Origin: Polyangiales bacterium
GTDB lineage: Bacteria > Myxococcota_A > Polyangia > Polyangiales > Ga0077539
DNA length: 64,000 bases
NCBI GenBank assembly: GCA_044229975.1
Contig: JBGARZ010000013.1
Coordinates: 160,001 to 224,000, forward strand
Direction of reading: 5' to 3'
Positions within the stretch are counted from its first letter, which is position 1. Every line of letters begins with the position of its first letter. The notes below the pieces were generated by a model. It did not search any database, was not told where the DNA came from, and saw only the letters and a list, made by a program, of their open reading frames with translations. Position numbers and translations under genes: made by a program. Positions 20,676-30,427 of this stretch are shown here, piece after piece.

Positions 20676-21522
20676 GCGCGTCGGCGAAGCGCCCCGCCGA
20701 GTCGGGGTCGGTGCGGAAGTAGAGCGACGGCTCGATGACCTCCAGCTCCATCAGCGCGAGCGCCCCGTCGTCCAATCGGACGAGGTCGACGCGCGCCTGA
20801 AACGGCGGGTCGCCCAGCATACGCAGGGCCCGCTCGGCGGCCTTGTGCATCTCCGCGTCGGGCGTCGCCCGGTGGATGCGCCCGCCGTGCTCCTCCTGCA
20901 CCCGGAAGTCCCCGCCCCGCGGAACCTTCCGCACCGCGTGGCTGTACCCCCCGTCGAAGTAGAAGAGCGAGTGCTCCCCCTCGTCGAGCACGCTCTTCAC
21001 GAAGGGCTGGGCCATCCACGCGCGGCCGCGAAACATCCCTTCGAGGTACATCGCCGTGCCCTCGTCGACCTCGCGCGGCAGCCGGTGCGCGTCGAGGGCG
21101 TTGGCGCCCACCGTGGGCTTGAGCACCCACTCGTCGCTCCCGATGGAGGCCCCGAGCGGGCGCGCCGCTTCCACGGGTAGACCGCTGCCCCACTGCGTCG
21201 GGACGACCCTCACGCCGCGCGCTTCGAGGTCGCGAAGGTAGGTCTTGCGGAGGTTCCAGGTGACCAGGTCGAGCGGGTTGAGCAGCAGCACGCCGGCCCG
21301 CTCGATGGTGCCGAGCACGCCGAGAAATTCCTCGACGTGGTGCTGGTAGTCCCAGGTCGTGCGGATGACGACCACGTCGAACTTCCGCCAGTCGACGCCC
21401 TTGCGCCGCCACGGGACCTCCTCCACCCGCCACTGCCGCGAGCGCAGCTCGGCGACGGCGAGGTCGTCGTCGATGACGTAGGACTGGCGATCGTCGAGCG
21501 TGAGAAACGCAACTGCCGGCAT
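20626..21522 (-). CDS. ATP-grasp enzyme (RimK/glutathione synthetase-like)
   Basis: IRTTWDY, VLKPTVG, ARVDL and MELEVIEPSL motifs. Confidence 0.85.
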   Translation of the reverse strand: MPAVAFLTLDDRQSYVIDDDLAVAELRSRQWRVEEVPWRRKGVDWRKFDVVVIRTTWDYQHHVEEFLGVLGTIERAGVLLLNPLDLVTWNLRKTYLRDLEARGVRVVPTQWGSGLPVEAARPLGASIGSDEWVLKPTVGANALDAHRLPREVDEGTAMYLEGMFRGRAWMAQPFVKSVLDEGEHSLFYFDGGYSHAVRKVPRGGDFRVQEEHGGRIHRATPDAEMHKAAERALRMLGDPPFQARVDLVRLDDGALALMELEVIEPSLYFRTDPDSAGRFADALTRHRARVIAGTRTRR

Positions 21523-21549
21523 CGGGTCCCCTCCCCCCCTCCCGCGGCG

Positions 21550-22647
21550 CTACTTGCCGCGCTTCTTCAGGTGGTTGGCGGCCGCCGAGCGCACGGCCGC
21601 CGCGACGCCCTTGCTCGCCGCGACGCGCTTCATGTCGCTCTCGCGCAGGTGCACCAGCAGCTTCATCCCCTCGCCCACCGGGGTCTTCGGGTTGCTCACC
21701 AGGTTGAGCTTCACCTCGTAGAGCCGCAGCCACGAGCCGCGGTTGGCGATGCGCCGCAGGATGTCCTCGCTCACGTTGCGGCTCGCCGCGTACTTGATGA
21801 TCTCGTCGTCGGCGATCTTCGGCGAGTCGAGCACCGCCGCCGCCACGAGGCGGTTGTTGGAGCGGATGAGCAGCGCCCGCTGCATGCCGTTGCCCAGCAT
21901 CGCCGTGCGGATCTTCTCCGTCACGTTCATGTCCTCGATGCGCTTCTCGGCCTTCTCGGCGCCCTGCTTGAAGCGGATGGCCCCTTCCTCGTCCTCCTCG
22001 ATGTCGTCGATGCTGAACGCGCTCGCCTCCGTCAGCGCCGACACGAAGGCCATGTCCCGCTCGTCGGGCTCCTCGCTGGCCGGCAGCACCACCTGGTTCT
22101 GCAGCGCCGCCACGATCTGCTCGAAGCCGGGGACGTTGACCTTCAGCCCGTTGCGCGCGGCAAACTCCACGATGCGGTCGGAGGTCGACATGCGCGTCGC
22201 GGGGTTGAGGTAGAGCGCCACGATGATCTCGGGCCACGCCAGCAGCCGCTGCTCGTTCTGCGAGATCATCTCGGTGAGCGCCTCGTCGGCCCCCGCGGCG
22301 ATGCGCGCCACGGTCTCGCCCGAGGTGTTGGGGTGCCGGATGACCCGCTCGATGTGATCGTGGTTGTCGGCGCCGCGCGTCGCGAGGTCGTCGAGCACCG
22401 CTGCGGGCAGCTCGATGGACGCCAGGGCCGCGCCCACCACCGCCTCCGGGAGCCCCTTGAGCGTCTTGGCCGCCGCGTCGCGCAGGCCCGGGTCGTCGCT
22501 CCACGCGAGGCCATAGAGGGCGCACAGCGAGGCCACGGGCGGCAGCGGCGCGAGCCCGCGCGCGGCCATCATCTTCAACGGCGCGGGACCCGCGAGCACC
22601 TTGCGCGCGGCCTCTGGGAGATGGTTCAGATCGACCGGGTGTTGCAT
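21550..22647 (-). CDS. Conserved HEAT/LRV-repeat hypothetical protein
   Basis: RHPNT, LNPAT and SNPKTP repeats. Confidence 0.8.
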   Translation of the reverse strand: MQHPVDLNHLPEAARKVLAGPAPLKMMAARGLAPLPPVASLCALYGLAWSDDPGLRDAAAKTLKGLPEAVVGAALASIELPAAVLDDLATRGADNHDHIERVIRHPNTSGETVARIAAGADEALTEMISQNEQRLLAWPEIIVALYLNPATRMSTSDRIVEFAARNGLKVNVPGFEQIVAALQNQVVLPASEEPDERDMAFVSALTEASAFSIDDIEEDEEGAIRFKQGAEKAEKRIEDMNVTEKIRTAMLGNGMQRALLIRSNNRLVAAAVLDSPKIADDEIIKYAASRNVSEDILRRIANRGSWLRLYEVKLNLVSNPKTPVGEGMKLLVHLRESDMKRVAASKGVAAAVRSAAANHLKKRGK

Positions 22648-22689
22648 CGCTCGGCAGCGTACGTCCCCGACGTCGCCGCTGGGAAGCCT

Positions 22690-23901
22690 CTACGCGCCGC
22701 AGGGCACGCCCGTCGGCTGCGACGACGTCGGTGGCAGACAGTACCGACTCCCGCCCACGACCGGCGCGCCGCGACCATCCTCCGGCCACGCGCACACCGC
22801 ACCCACGGCGCAGGCGCACCCGTCCGTACACGATCGGTACACGCACAGCGCGAGGTTGTCCGCGCCAGCCGGCCCCAGCGGCGTCATCGTCTCGGGACCG
22901 TCCCAGCAGCGCTCGCGCGAGACGCGGTTGAAGAGGCTCGCGCACAGCCCGCGCGTCGTCGACCCGACCCGCGCGCAGTACCCGCGGCACGTCGCGCTGC
23001 GCCCGCCCTCGTCGAGCGCTGCGGGGTCACACGGCGAGCCGTCGGCGGCCATGCGCCCGTCGTCCGCCCGCCGACCGCACACACCCGTCCGCAGGCTGCA
23101 CCGACCGCCGCGCGCGCTCCCCTGGCAGTCGCCGTCGCTCTCGCAGAAGCCCACGCACGCGGGCGCGTCGAGGCGCGCGACGTCGTGGCTCATCCACAGC
23201 GCGGTGCACACCTGCGCGCGAGCGCACCCCCCGCGGTTGACGACGCGCTCCCTCGGATCACACCCGCGCAGGCACCGCCCCTCCACACCGTCGAGCGAGA
23301 GGCACGTCGCGCCGACGCCACACACCCGCCGCTCCGTGTCCGCGTCCGACGGAGTACACGGCAGCGAGCACACGCCGCCGAGCTCTGCGTCGCACGTGTA
23401 CGGCGCCTCGCAGTCCGCCGCCCCGCGGCACCGCGCGCTCGCGCCCCGCTGCCTCGGGACACACGCCCCCCGATCGCACACGTCGCCCTCACGGCACCGC
23501 ACGCCGCAGCGCCCGCAGTCCTCCGTCGACCCCGCGAGGTCGACGCATCGCACGCCGCCGTCGACGCCGTCGCAGGGCGAGAGCACGCCGCACACCGGGT
23601 CGACGCATCCGTTGACGCCGTCGCACACCGTCCCGTCGGTGCATCGCGAGGGCACGGCGACCCGCTCGCAGCGCCCGCTGCGACAGCGGTCGGCGGTGCA
23701 CCCGACGCCGTCGTCGCAGTCCTCGTCGGCCGCGCACTCCGCGGGCGCCACCACCTCTGCTTCCACTGCGCCGTCGGTCACCGCGACGCTCACCGTGCGC
23801 CCGCAACCGAGGGCCAGAATGAGTGCCAGCGCGCCCGGCTGTCGTGGGTTTTCAACCCGCGGCGGCCGGGCGCGGTGACCTTGAAAGAGCAGCCCCCTCA
23901 C
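22690..23901 (-). CDS. Cys-rich lipoprotein
   Basis: GTG 23901 overlaps upstream TGA; lipobox LALGC; CDDGVGCTADRC and CGRCG repeats. Confidence 0.75.
   Translation of the reverse strand: MRGLLFQGHRARPPRVENPRQPGALALILALGCGRTVSVAVTDGAVEAEVVAPAECAADEDCDDGVGCTADRCRSGRCERVAVPSRCTDGTVCDGVNGCVDPVCGVLSPCDGVDGGVRCVDLAGSTEDCGRCGVRCREGDVCDRGACVPRQRGASARCRGAADCEAPYTCDAELGGVCSLPCTPSDADTERRVCGVGATCLSLDGVEGRCLRGCDPRERVVNRGGCARAQVCTALWMSHDVARLDAPACVGFCESDGDCQGSARGGRCSLRTGVCGRRADDGRMAADGSPCDPAALDEGGRSATCRGYCARVGSTTRGLCASLFNRVSRERCWDGPETMTPLGPAGADNLALCVYRSCTDGCACAVGAVCAWPEDGRGAPVVGGSRYCLPPTSSQPTGVPCGA
23829..23897. repeat. REP-like palindromic element, copy 2 (truncated, inside CDS 5' end)
   Basis: GCGCCCGGCTGTCGTGGGTTTTCAACCCGCGGCGGCCGGGCGCGGTGACCTTGA matches 2021-2075 closely. 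Confidence 0.8.
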
Positions 23902-25862
23902 GGCGCCCGCTCGAACGCGCTCCCGTTCCAGCGGTAGGTCACCCGCCGCGAGCCCGCGTCCCACGGCAGCAGCAGCGGGAAGAAGCCCTGCGGCGCCACG
24001 TCGTGGAAGGAGTACGTCCCCGCGGTCCACCCCTGCGCGCTGCCGCTCCCGAGCGTGACCGACGCGTTGTCGCCCAGCGCGATCACCTCGTTGACCACCG
24101 CGCGATCGCCCACGCGCCGCGCCACCTCGGCGCCAAACACCCGACCGCGCCGCTCGCCCGTCACGGCGTACGCGAGCAGCATCTCGCGCTGCGACGTCAC
24201 CGGCGCGCCCTGCACCTGCACCGTCACGTTGCGGCGCACCCGCACCACGGCCTCGCGCTTACCGTCGCCCGTAAGATCGGCGAGGCGCAGGTCGAGCACC
24301 GCGTCGCCCTCCGACAGCGGCAGCGACACCGAGTAGTACGACCGCCCCCCGTAGAACCGCTGCCCCACCACCACCAGCACGCGCCCGAACACCAGCACCT
24401 GCTCGGCGAACGCGTCCTCCGCCACGTCGCCGCTCGCGCGGTGCGACGGCGCCGTGCCTTCCGGGATGTTCTCCCGCTGGCGAAACAGCCGCAGCACCCC
24501 GTCGAGGTCGGCTGGCAGTGGGGCCTCCACCACGGGTGCACTCGGCGCGCTCACCGGCGCCGGCGCCGACTGTGCGACACCCGCGTTGGCCTCACGCCGC
24601 GCCACGGTGAAGGTGCGCGCCGATGGGCTCCACGCGAACACCCGCGCCCGATCGGCGCTCCACGGCGTCAGCGGCGCTTCGACGCCCGCCTCCGTCGCCG
24701 TCGGCCACGTCGCGGCGGTGAAGCCCACCGGCGCGCCCGCCTCGATGCGCAGCCCGTTGCCCTCGTACGACACGCGATCGCTCAAGCGACCCGGCCCCAG
24801 CGCGCGCCCCACCTCGTGGCTGAACACCTGCTGGAGCGACGCTCCCTCCGCGAGCTGATAGACGGTGAGCACCTCGCGGGTGAATCCACCCTCCGTCCCC
24901 ACGCGCTGTCGCAGCGCCACCTCGGCGCGGTTGTCGCCGGTGAGGTCGCGCACCGTCACGTCGAGCAGGTCGTCGGCGTTGCGCGTCGGCAATCGAATGA
25001 ACGCGTACGCCCCGCCCTCCCCCACCGCGGGCCCCACCACCACCACGTAGCCCGGGAACACCACCACCCGCTCGGGCCTCGCATCACCCGCCATGTCGAC
25101 GGTGCGATCGAGGCGCGGCGCACCCGTGACGTTGTTCTCGGAGCGGAAGCGATCGAGCAGCGCCGACGGAGCCGGCGGAGCGTTGGCGCCGAGCGTCAAC
25201 GGCAGCGCGTCGGGGTGCGCGCCATCGCCCGGACCCGTCGCGATGACGCTGTCGGCGGCGCTGCGACGTGGAGCGTCGGCGTCGGCGTAGGCCACGCGCG
25301 CGCGCAGCGTCGCGAGGTTGGCGCGCACCTCGGGGATGGCGCTCCACGGGATGCGGGCTTCGACGGTGAGGCCCATGCGATCGGGCAGCGGCGCCTCGAC
25401 CAGCTCACCGCGTGCGACTGCACCGCGACCGCCGACGCGAAAGCGCATGGCGCCTGGAAACGATCCGGGCTCACCGGGGTAGAGGTCGATCTCGTACGCG
25501 ACCGTACGACCGCTCGCGGTGACAGCGAGCGCGACGGAGAAGTGGTCGTCGGCGTCGGCGTGGGCGCTCGATCGCACGAGCAGGTCATCACGCAACTCAG
25601 CCGCGACCCAAAGCCCTTCGTCGTCGCGCGCGAGGGCGTAGCCGAAGGAGGCGTCGTCCGCGCCTCGCCACGCACTTTGGCCGACGGTGACGCTCGCGCG
25701 CTCGTCGACGGCGCGCATCTGTCCGAAGCCCGACCACTCGCGCAAGAGGCCGTCGAGCGTGAGGCGGGCGGCCCCGCGCTCGAACACCTCCACCGCGGTC
25801 TGGGCGGAGGCGGTCGCGCTGGCGAGGGTGATGGCGAGGGAGAGGGAGAGGCGGTTCATCAT
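23898..25862 (-). CDS. Secreted protein: CBM9/DOMON-like N-terminal domain plus two VCBS/FG-GAP-like modules
   Basis: Signal peptide; LDGLLREW...LWVAAELRDD...EARIPW; DLTGD motifs in duplicated halves. Confidence 0.7.
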   Translation of the reverse strand: MMNRLSLSLAITLASATASAQTAVEVFERGAARLTLDGLLREWSGFGQMRAVDERASVTVGQSAWRGADDASFGYALARDDEGLWVAAELRDDLLVRSSAHADADDHFSVALAVTASGRTVAYEIDLYPGEPGSFPGAMRFRVGGRGAVARGELVEAPLPDRMGLTVEARIPWSAIPEVRANLATLRARVAYADADAPRRSAADSVIATGPGDGAHPDALPLTLGANAPPAPSALLDRFRSENNVTGAPRLDRTVDMAGDARPERVVVFPGYVVVVGPAVGEGGAYAFIRLPTRNADDLLDVTVRDLTGDNRAEVALRQRVGTEGGFTREVLTVYQLAEGASLQQVFSHEVGRALGPGRLSDRVSYEGNGLRIEAGAPVGFTAATWPTATEAGVEAPLTPWSADRARVFAWSPSARTFTVARREANAGVAQSAPAPVSAPSAPVVEAPLPADLDGVLRLFRQRENIPEGTAPSHRASGDVAEDAFAEQVLVFGRVLVVVGQRFYGGRSYYSVSLPLSEGDAVLDLRLADLTGDGKREAVVRVRRNVTVQVQGAPVTSQREMLLAYAVTGERRGRVFGAEVARRVGDRAVVNEVIALGDNASVTLGSGSAQGWTAGTYSFHDVAPQGFFPLLLPWDAGSRRVTYRWNGSAFERAP

Positions 25863-25895
25863 CGTCGGGTATGACACCCAACGCGGGCGATTGGT

Positions 25896-28631
25896 TCAGT
25901 CGACGACGTCGACCTCTTCGGGGGTTCGCACGCGGTAGTTCATGTCGATGTAGCGGTAGAGGTCGAGGAAGTACGACTCCATCCGCGCGTTGCCGACGGG
26001 GGAGTCGGTGTAGAAGGTTCCGCGCAGGCAGCCATCCGACGGACGGCAGCGCCCATCGGGGAACACCATGATGAACTTCTGCGGGCGCCTCCACGAGGGG
26101 ATGCTGCTGAGGGCCATGAAGTTGCCGACGATGAGGCCGGTGGCGACGAGGTCCTGCGGCTGCTGACCGTAGCCGTGGAGGAAGTACACGATCGGGTAAC
26201 GCACGCCGGCGTTCTCGGGGTCGTGGTAGCCGGGCGGGAGGTACACGCTGACGGGGCCGTTGCGGTTGGCCGTCTCCGAGCGGAAGTCGAAGGTGCAGAA
26301 GTAGCCCGTCGAGCAGCGACCCGCGTTGTCGAACTCCGTGGAGTAGCGCGCCGCGCGACGATCACCGCCGGGCCAGCGCGAGGCCATCCAGAAGAGGGAG
26401 CTGTAGAGACGGTTGGTGATCTGGGGAATGGTTCCGACGTGGGCGCCGTCGCCGTTGACCAGCTCGGTGTTGGTCGCGTCGGGGTTGCCGTAGCGGAGCA
26501 TCACGTAGTCGGGCACGTGGGCCCAGTCGATGAAGTCGTACGGGAAGGGCGTCTCGGGCACGCGCTCGGCCCCGAAGGGCGAGAAGTTGTTGAAGAAGTG
26601 CACGGGCAACCCGCGCTGCGCGAGGCCGCCCGCGAAGTGGTTGGACACCACGCCGAAGTTGAAGAGGTCGTGCACGCCGCCGTCGGTGAACACGCCGACG
26701 CGCGCGAGCTGCGCCGCCGGAGCAGCCGCCGCGATGTTGCGCGGGTTGACGGCGGTGAAGCGCTCCCAGCCGGGCGTCTGGTCCCAGGTGTTGTTGCCCT
26801 CGCCCTGGTCGTAGGGGCACGTCGCGCCCGACGGGCACGCGACGCCGTCGAGGCCGAGGTCGTCGAAGGCTTCGCCCGTCTCGTGGAGGTAGTTGCCCTC
26901 GGTGCCGGCCGGGTTGAACTGCCGGTCGTAGTCGTCCTGCGCCGGGTCGGGGTTGGTGAGAGCGTCGTAGCCGGGCTCGTTGGCCGACGCGACGCCGTCG
27001 GTGCCGAAGTCGCGGAAGGGCTCGAAGAAGCGCCGCAGCACGGGCTCGCCCGCGTCGCGACGGCCGTTGCGGTTGACGTCCACCGCGAGCGACACCTCCA
27101 TCGGGAAGTTGCCCGCGGTGCCGTCCCACTGGCCCGAGTGACCGCGGGCGTGCGTGCCGTCGCAGAAGGTCACCACCGGCAGCGAGCCGTCGGGGTTGTA
27201 CTCGCGGTCGTAGTAGTTGGTGAGCGTGACGGGGGTCGCGCAGCGGTCGCTGTCGCTGCGCATGAGCTCGGTGTCGGGCACGCCGCGCGGCAGCACACCC
27301 GTCGCGCCCGGCGCCGTCACCGCGTTGCCGAACATGCGCGTGAGGTCGCGGAAGATCTGGATGTACGACTGGCGATCGAAGGTGCCGCCCTGGCCGTCCC
27401 ACCCGTCGGGGAAGAACCAATCCTCGAAGTGCTGCCGACGCTCGAAGAGGTCCGACTGCGGCGGCGTGCGGTCGACGCTCGACCCCATCGCGCAGCCCGT
27501 CGGGTCGAGCGCGCGCTGGGCCGCCGTGCAGAAGCCCCCGACGTGCCAGTTCTGGATGTAGTGACCGAGGTAGTTCCAGTCGACGGGGCCGCCGAGGGGG
27601 GCGATGAAGTCGAAGAGGGGGAGGTTGCGCATGCCGATCATGCCCGCGCCCGCCGCGCCCATGGAGACGCCGAGAATACTGTGGAAGGTAAACCGTCGGC
27701 GCGTGTGGCGGGTGCCGAGCCCCGTGCGGATGACCGCCTGCCAGGTGCCGAGCCGCGGCGCCTTGAAGCTCAGACCGCGGCCGTCGTTGGTGAGGTGCAC
27801 GTCGGCGGCGGGGACGATGCGCGCGGTGCGAACGCCCGGCGACGTGTACGCGAGCTGCACCTGGAGTTCGTAGCCCGCGGGCACCTTCGACGCGTTGACC
27901 GGAACCGTGAATGGAATCTCCCGCAGCAGCCGCGTGGTGCCCGGGTTGAAGCGCACCGCGGGCCCGATGGCCGTGTACCCGTCGGGCACCTGATCGGCCG
28001 CGCACCCGAGCTCGACCTCGACCGGGTTGATCTCGCGCGCCGCCGCGGGGAGACCCACCGTCGCCTGTTCGAGCGGGGTGCCCGTCGCGCCTCGCACCGT
28101 CTCGCCCGCGCGCAGGGTGCCGCGCAGCGCGGGCGTGGTGGTGGGGCACGCAGGCAGCTCGGCGGCGAGCACGGTCACCGTCACCATGGCCGCGCCGACG
28201 CGCACGATGGAGGTGCCCGCCGCGACGCCCGTCACGTCGAAGGTGGCCGTCGAGGCGCCGCGCACCACCGTCACCGTCGGCGACGCCACCGTGGCCACCG
28301 TCGGCTGCGCGGAGCTCACCGTGAACGGAGCTGGGCGACAGCGGTCGCGGCCCACGCGCACGGTCAGCGTCGCGCTCGAACCCGCCGTGAGGTACAGCGC
28401 GCCGGGGCTCAGCGACTCGCGCGTCGGCGGCTCTTCGCCGCACTCGTCCTCGACGTCGGTCGTCGGCGCTGCGTCGCTCACCGCGTCGACCGCGGCGTCG
28501 TCGGGCGTGGCGTCGGTGACGGTCACGCCGCGATCGGTGGTGACGGCAGCGTCGGTGGTCGCCGACGTCGACTCGCAGGCGAGCATCGACCCCGGGACAA
28601 GCAGAGACAGAACCCAAGCGTGGCGGCGCAT
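25896..28631 (-). CDS. Lipoprotein with Ig/ZU5-like domains and a circularly permuted alpha/beta-hydrolase (esterase)
   Basis: MLAC lipobox; GVSMG; DGGVHD; GAHVG; VYLPPGY...YPIVYFLHGYG at the C-terminus. Confidence 0.8.
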   Translation of the reverse strand: MRRHAWVLSLLVPGSMLACESTSATTDAAVTTDRGVTVTDATPDDAAVDAVSDAAPTTDVEDECGEEPPTRESLSPGALYLTAGSSATLTVRVGRDRCRPAPFTVSSAQPTVATVASPTVTVVRGASTATFDVTGVAAGTSIVRVGAAMVTVTVLAAELPACPTTTPALRGTLRAGETVRGATGTPLEQATVGLPAAAREINPVEVELGCAADQVPDGYTAIGPAVRFNPGTTRLLREIPFTVPVNASKVPAGYELQVQLAYTSPGVRTARIVPAADVHLTNDGRGLSFKAPRLGTWQAVIRTGLGTRHTRRRFTFHSILGVSMGAAGAGMIGMRNLPLFDFIAPLGGPVDWNYLGHYIQNWHVGGFCTAAQRALDPTGCAMGSSVDRTPPQSDLFERRQHFEDWFFPDGWDGQGGTFDRQSYIQIFRDLTRMFGNAVTAPGATGVLPRGVPDTELMRSDSDRCATPVTLTNYYDREYNPDGSLPVVTFCDGTHARGHSGQWDGTAGNFPMEVSLAVDVNRNGRRDAGEPVLRRFFEPFRDFGTDGVASANEPGYDALTNPDPAQDDYDRQFNPAGTEGNYLHETGEAFDDLGLDGVACPSGATCPYDQGEGNNTWDQTPGWERFTAVNPRNIAAAAPAAQLARVGVFTDGGVHDLFNFGVVSNHFAGGLAQRGLPVHFFNNFSPFGAERVPETPFPYDFIDWAHVPDYVMLRYGNPDATNTELVNGDGAHVGTIPQITNRLYSSLFWMASRWPGGDRRAARYSTEFDNAGRCSTGYFCTFDFRSETANRNGPVSVYLPPGYHDPENAGVRYPIVYFLHGYGQQPQDLVATGLIVGNFMALSSIPSWRRPQKFIMVFPDGRCRPSDGCLRGTFYTDSPVGNARMESYFLDLYRYIDMNYRVRTPEEVDVVD

Positions 28632-28723
28632 GCGCGGGAGTCTCCACGACCGGGCGGCCGTGACAAGGGGTTTGGGTTCCGCAGGTGATCGCGAGGCGAA
28701 GTCCCCCGCGCGACGAGGCGAGC

Positions 28724-29434
28724 TCAGCGGTAGGTGAAGACGATCTCGTGGTCGCAGATGCGGAAGACGTCGCCCTCGGCGATGGGCCGACGATCGACGC
28801 GGCCGCCCTGGTACTCGATGCCGTTGGTGCTGCCCATGTCGACCATCCAGAACTGGCCCTGGTGACGAACGATGCGCGCGTGCTGACGGGAGACGTTGGG
28901 GTCCTTCACGATGAGGTCGCAGCTCTTGTTGGAGCGACCGATGAAGAACTCGTCCTTGGTGATCGGGTAGCGCTGGCCTTCGTAGACGGCCATGAGCACG
29001 CCGCCGCTCGGAGGCGCCATCACGGCGGGCTGTCGCTGCTGCGCCATCGGGGGCATGCGCCCCTGCGGCTGACCCGGGTTGCCGTAGGCCGCGGGCGGCC
29101 GACCGTTCATCGACGGAGCACCCACGGGAGAAGGCATCGGAGGCCGCATGCCGTTCATCCCCGGGAGCGGCGCGCCGGTGCCCATGCCCGGACGAGCTTG
29201 CCCCATCGGCGGCATGGCCGAGGCCGCCTGCGGGCGACCCATCGGCGGTTGTGGCTGCTGCGGCGGCGCCGTGCCCTGGCCCTTCCCCTGGGTGCGCGCA
29301 TAGTGGCGCATCGCTTCATTGATCAGATAGTCGACGGAGCATTCGAGCTCCCGCGACATCTGCTCGTAGGTGTCCCAGAGATAGTCCCGGCACTGAAACT
29401 GCCGGTAGGTCTTTCGGTTCGGATCTTCGGTCAT
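28724..29434 (-). CDS. RHH-like domain + P/Q/M/G-rich linker + FHA domain protein (paralog 2)
   Basis: IGRS...DPNVSRQH...DMGSTNG FHA motifs. Confidence 0.85.
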   Translation of the reverse strand: MTEDPNRKTYRQFQCRDYLWDTYEQMSRELECSVDYLINEAMRHYARTQGKGQGTAPPQQPQPPMGRPQAASAMPPMGQARPGMGTGAPLPGMNGMRPPMPSPVGAPSMNGRPPAAYGNPGQPQGRMPPMAQQRQPAVMAPPSGGVLMAVYEGQRYPITKDEFFIGRSNKSCDLIVKDPNVSRQHARIVRHQGQFWMVDMGSTNGIEYQGGRVDRRPIAEGDVFRICDHEIVFTYR

Positions 29435-29548
29435 GGCCCATCCACCGCGGCGCAAGACTGCACGCGATCGGATGCTACACCGATCGTTCGGCGCCGGTCT
29501 ATCGTCCTTCGCTGCCCTCGCGACCGGGGACGCCGCGCCGCGGAACTC

Positions 29549-30415
29549 TCAGCGGTAGACGAACTGAATCTCGTGGTCGCAGATGCGATACGAGTCGCCG
29601 TCCTCGATGACCTTCCGGTCGACCTTGCCGCCGTTGTAGTCGATGCCGTTGGTGCTCTGCTGGTCGACGATCCAATACTGGCCGTTGTAAAGCACCACGC
29701 TGGCGTGGCGGCGCGAGACGTTGGAGTCGCGAATCGTCAGGTCGGTGGTCTTCTGACCGCGACCGATGACGAACTCCTCCTTGGTGACCGGGTACTGCTG
29801 ACCCTCGAAGAGCGCGATGAGCGTGCGGCCCTGGGTGGGCGCGGGGCGCTGCGGGGCCTGCTGCGGAGGCGGGGGGCGCTGCGGGGCCTGCTGCGGAGGG
29901 GGCTGACCCATGCCGGGCATGGCGGGCCGCTGCTGCTGCGGCTGGGTGGTGGGGCCCATCCCCGGTCGCCCCTGGGGCTGCGCCTGCTGCGGCTGCATGG
30001 GGGGCATCCCGGGGCGCTGCGCCTGCGGGTTCATCGAGGGCAGGCGCTGGCCGGTCTGACCCGACATCCCCTGCTGCTGCGGCTGCATCCCGGGCATCCC
30101 CGGACGCTGCTGCGGCTGCATCCCGGGCATCCCCGGGCGCATCGGCTGTTGCTGCATGGGCTGCTGCTGCGGCTGCTGCATGCCCGGCCGATAGCCGGCG
30201 CCCATCTGCTGGGAGACGCTCGCGCGCTCGGGCTGCTCGGGCTGCTCGACGAAGGGGCCGCCGCGCTGCCGGCTCTGGGCGAACTGCCGCATCGACTCGT
30301 TGATGAGGTAGTCGAGCGAGACGTCGAACTCCTGCGACATCGACTCGAAGGTGTCCCAGAGGTACTCGCGGCAATTGAACTGCCGCGGGTTCTTGCTTTG
30401 CGGATCGCCAGGCAT
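29549..30415 (-). CDS. RHH-like domain + Q/P-rich linker + FHA domain protein (paralog 1)
   Basis: IGRG...DSNVSRRH...DQQSTNG FHA motifs; N-terminus clearly homologous to the neighbour. Confidence 0.85.
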   Translation of the reverse strand: MPGDPQSKNPRQFNCREYLWDTFESMSQEFDVSLDYLINESMRQFAQSRQRGGPFVEQPEQPERASVSQQMGAGYRPGMQQPQQQPMQQQPMRPGMPGMQPQQRPGMPGMQPQQQGMSGQTGQRLPSMNPQAQRPGMPPMQPQQAQPQGRPGMGPTTQPQQQRPAMPGMGQPPPQQAPQRPPPPQQAPQRPAPTQGRTLIALFEGQQYPVTKEEFVIGRGQKTTDLTIRDSNVSRRHASVVLYNGQYWIVDQQSTNGIDYNGGKVDRKVIEDGDSYRICDHEIQFVYR

Positions 30416-30427
30416 GTTTGAGCGTCC

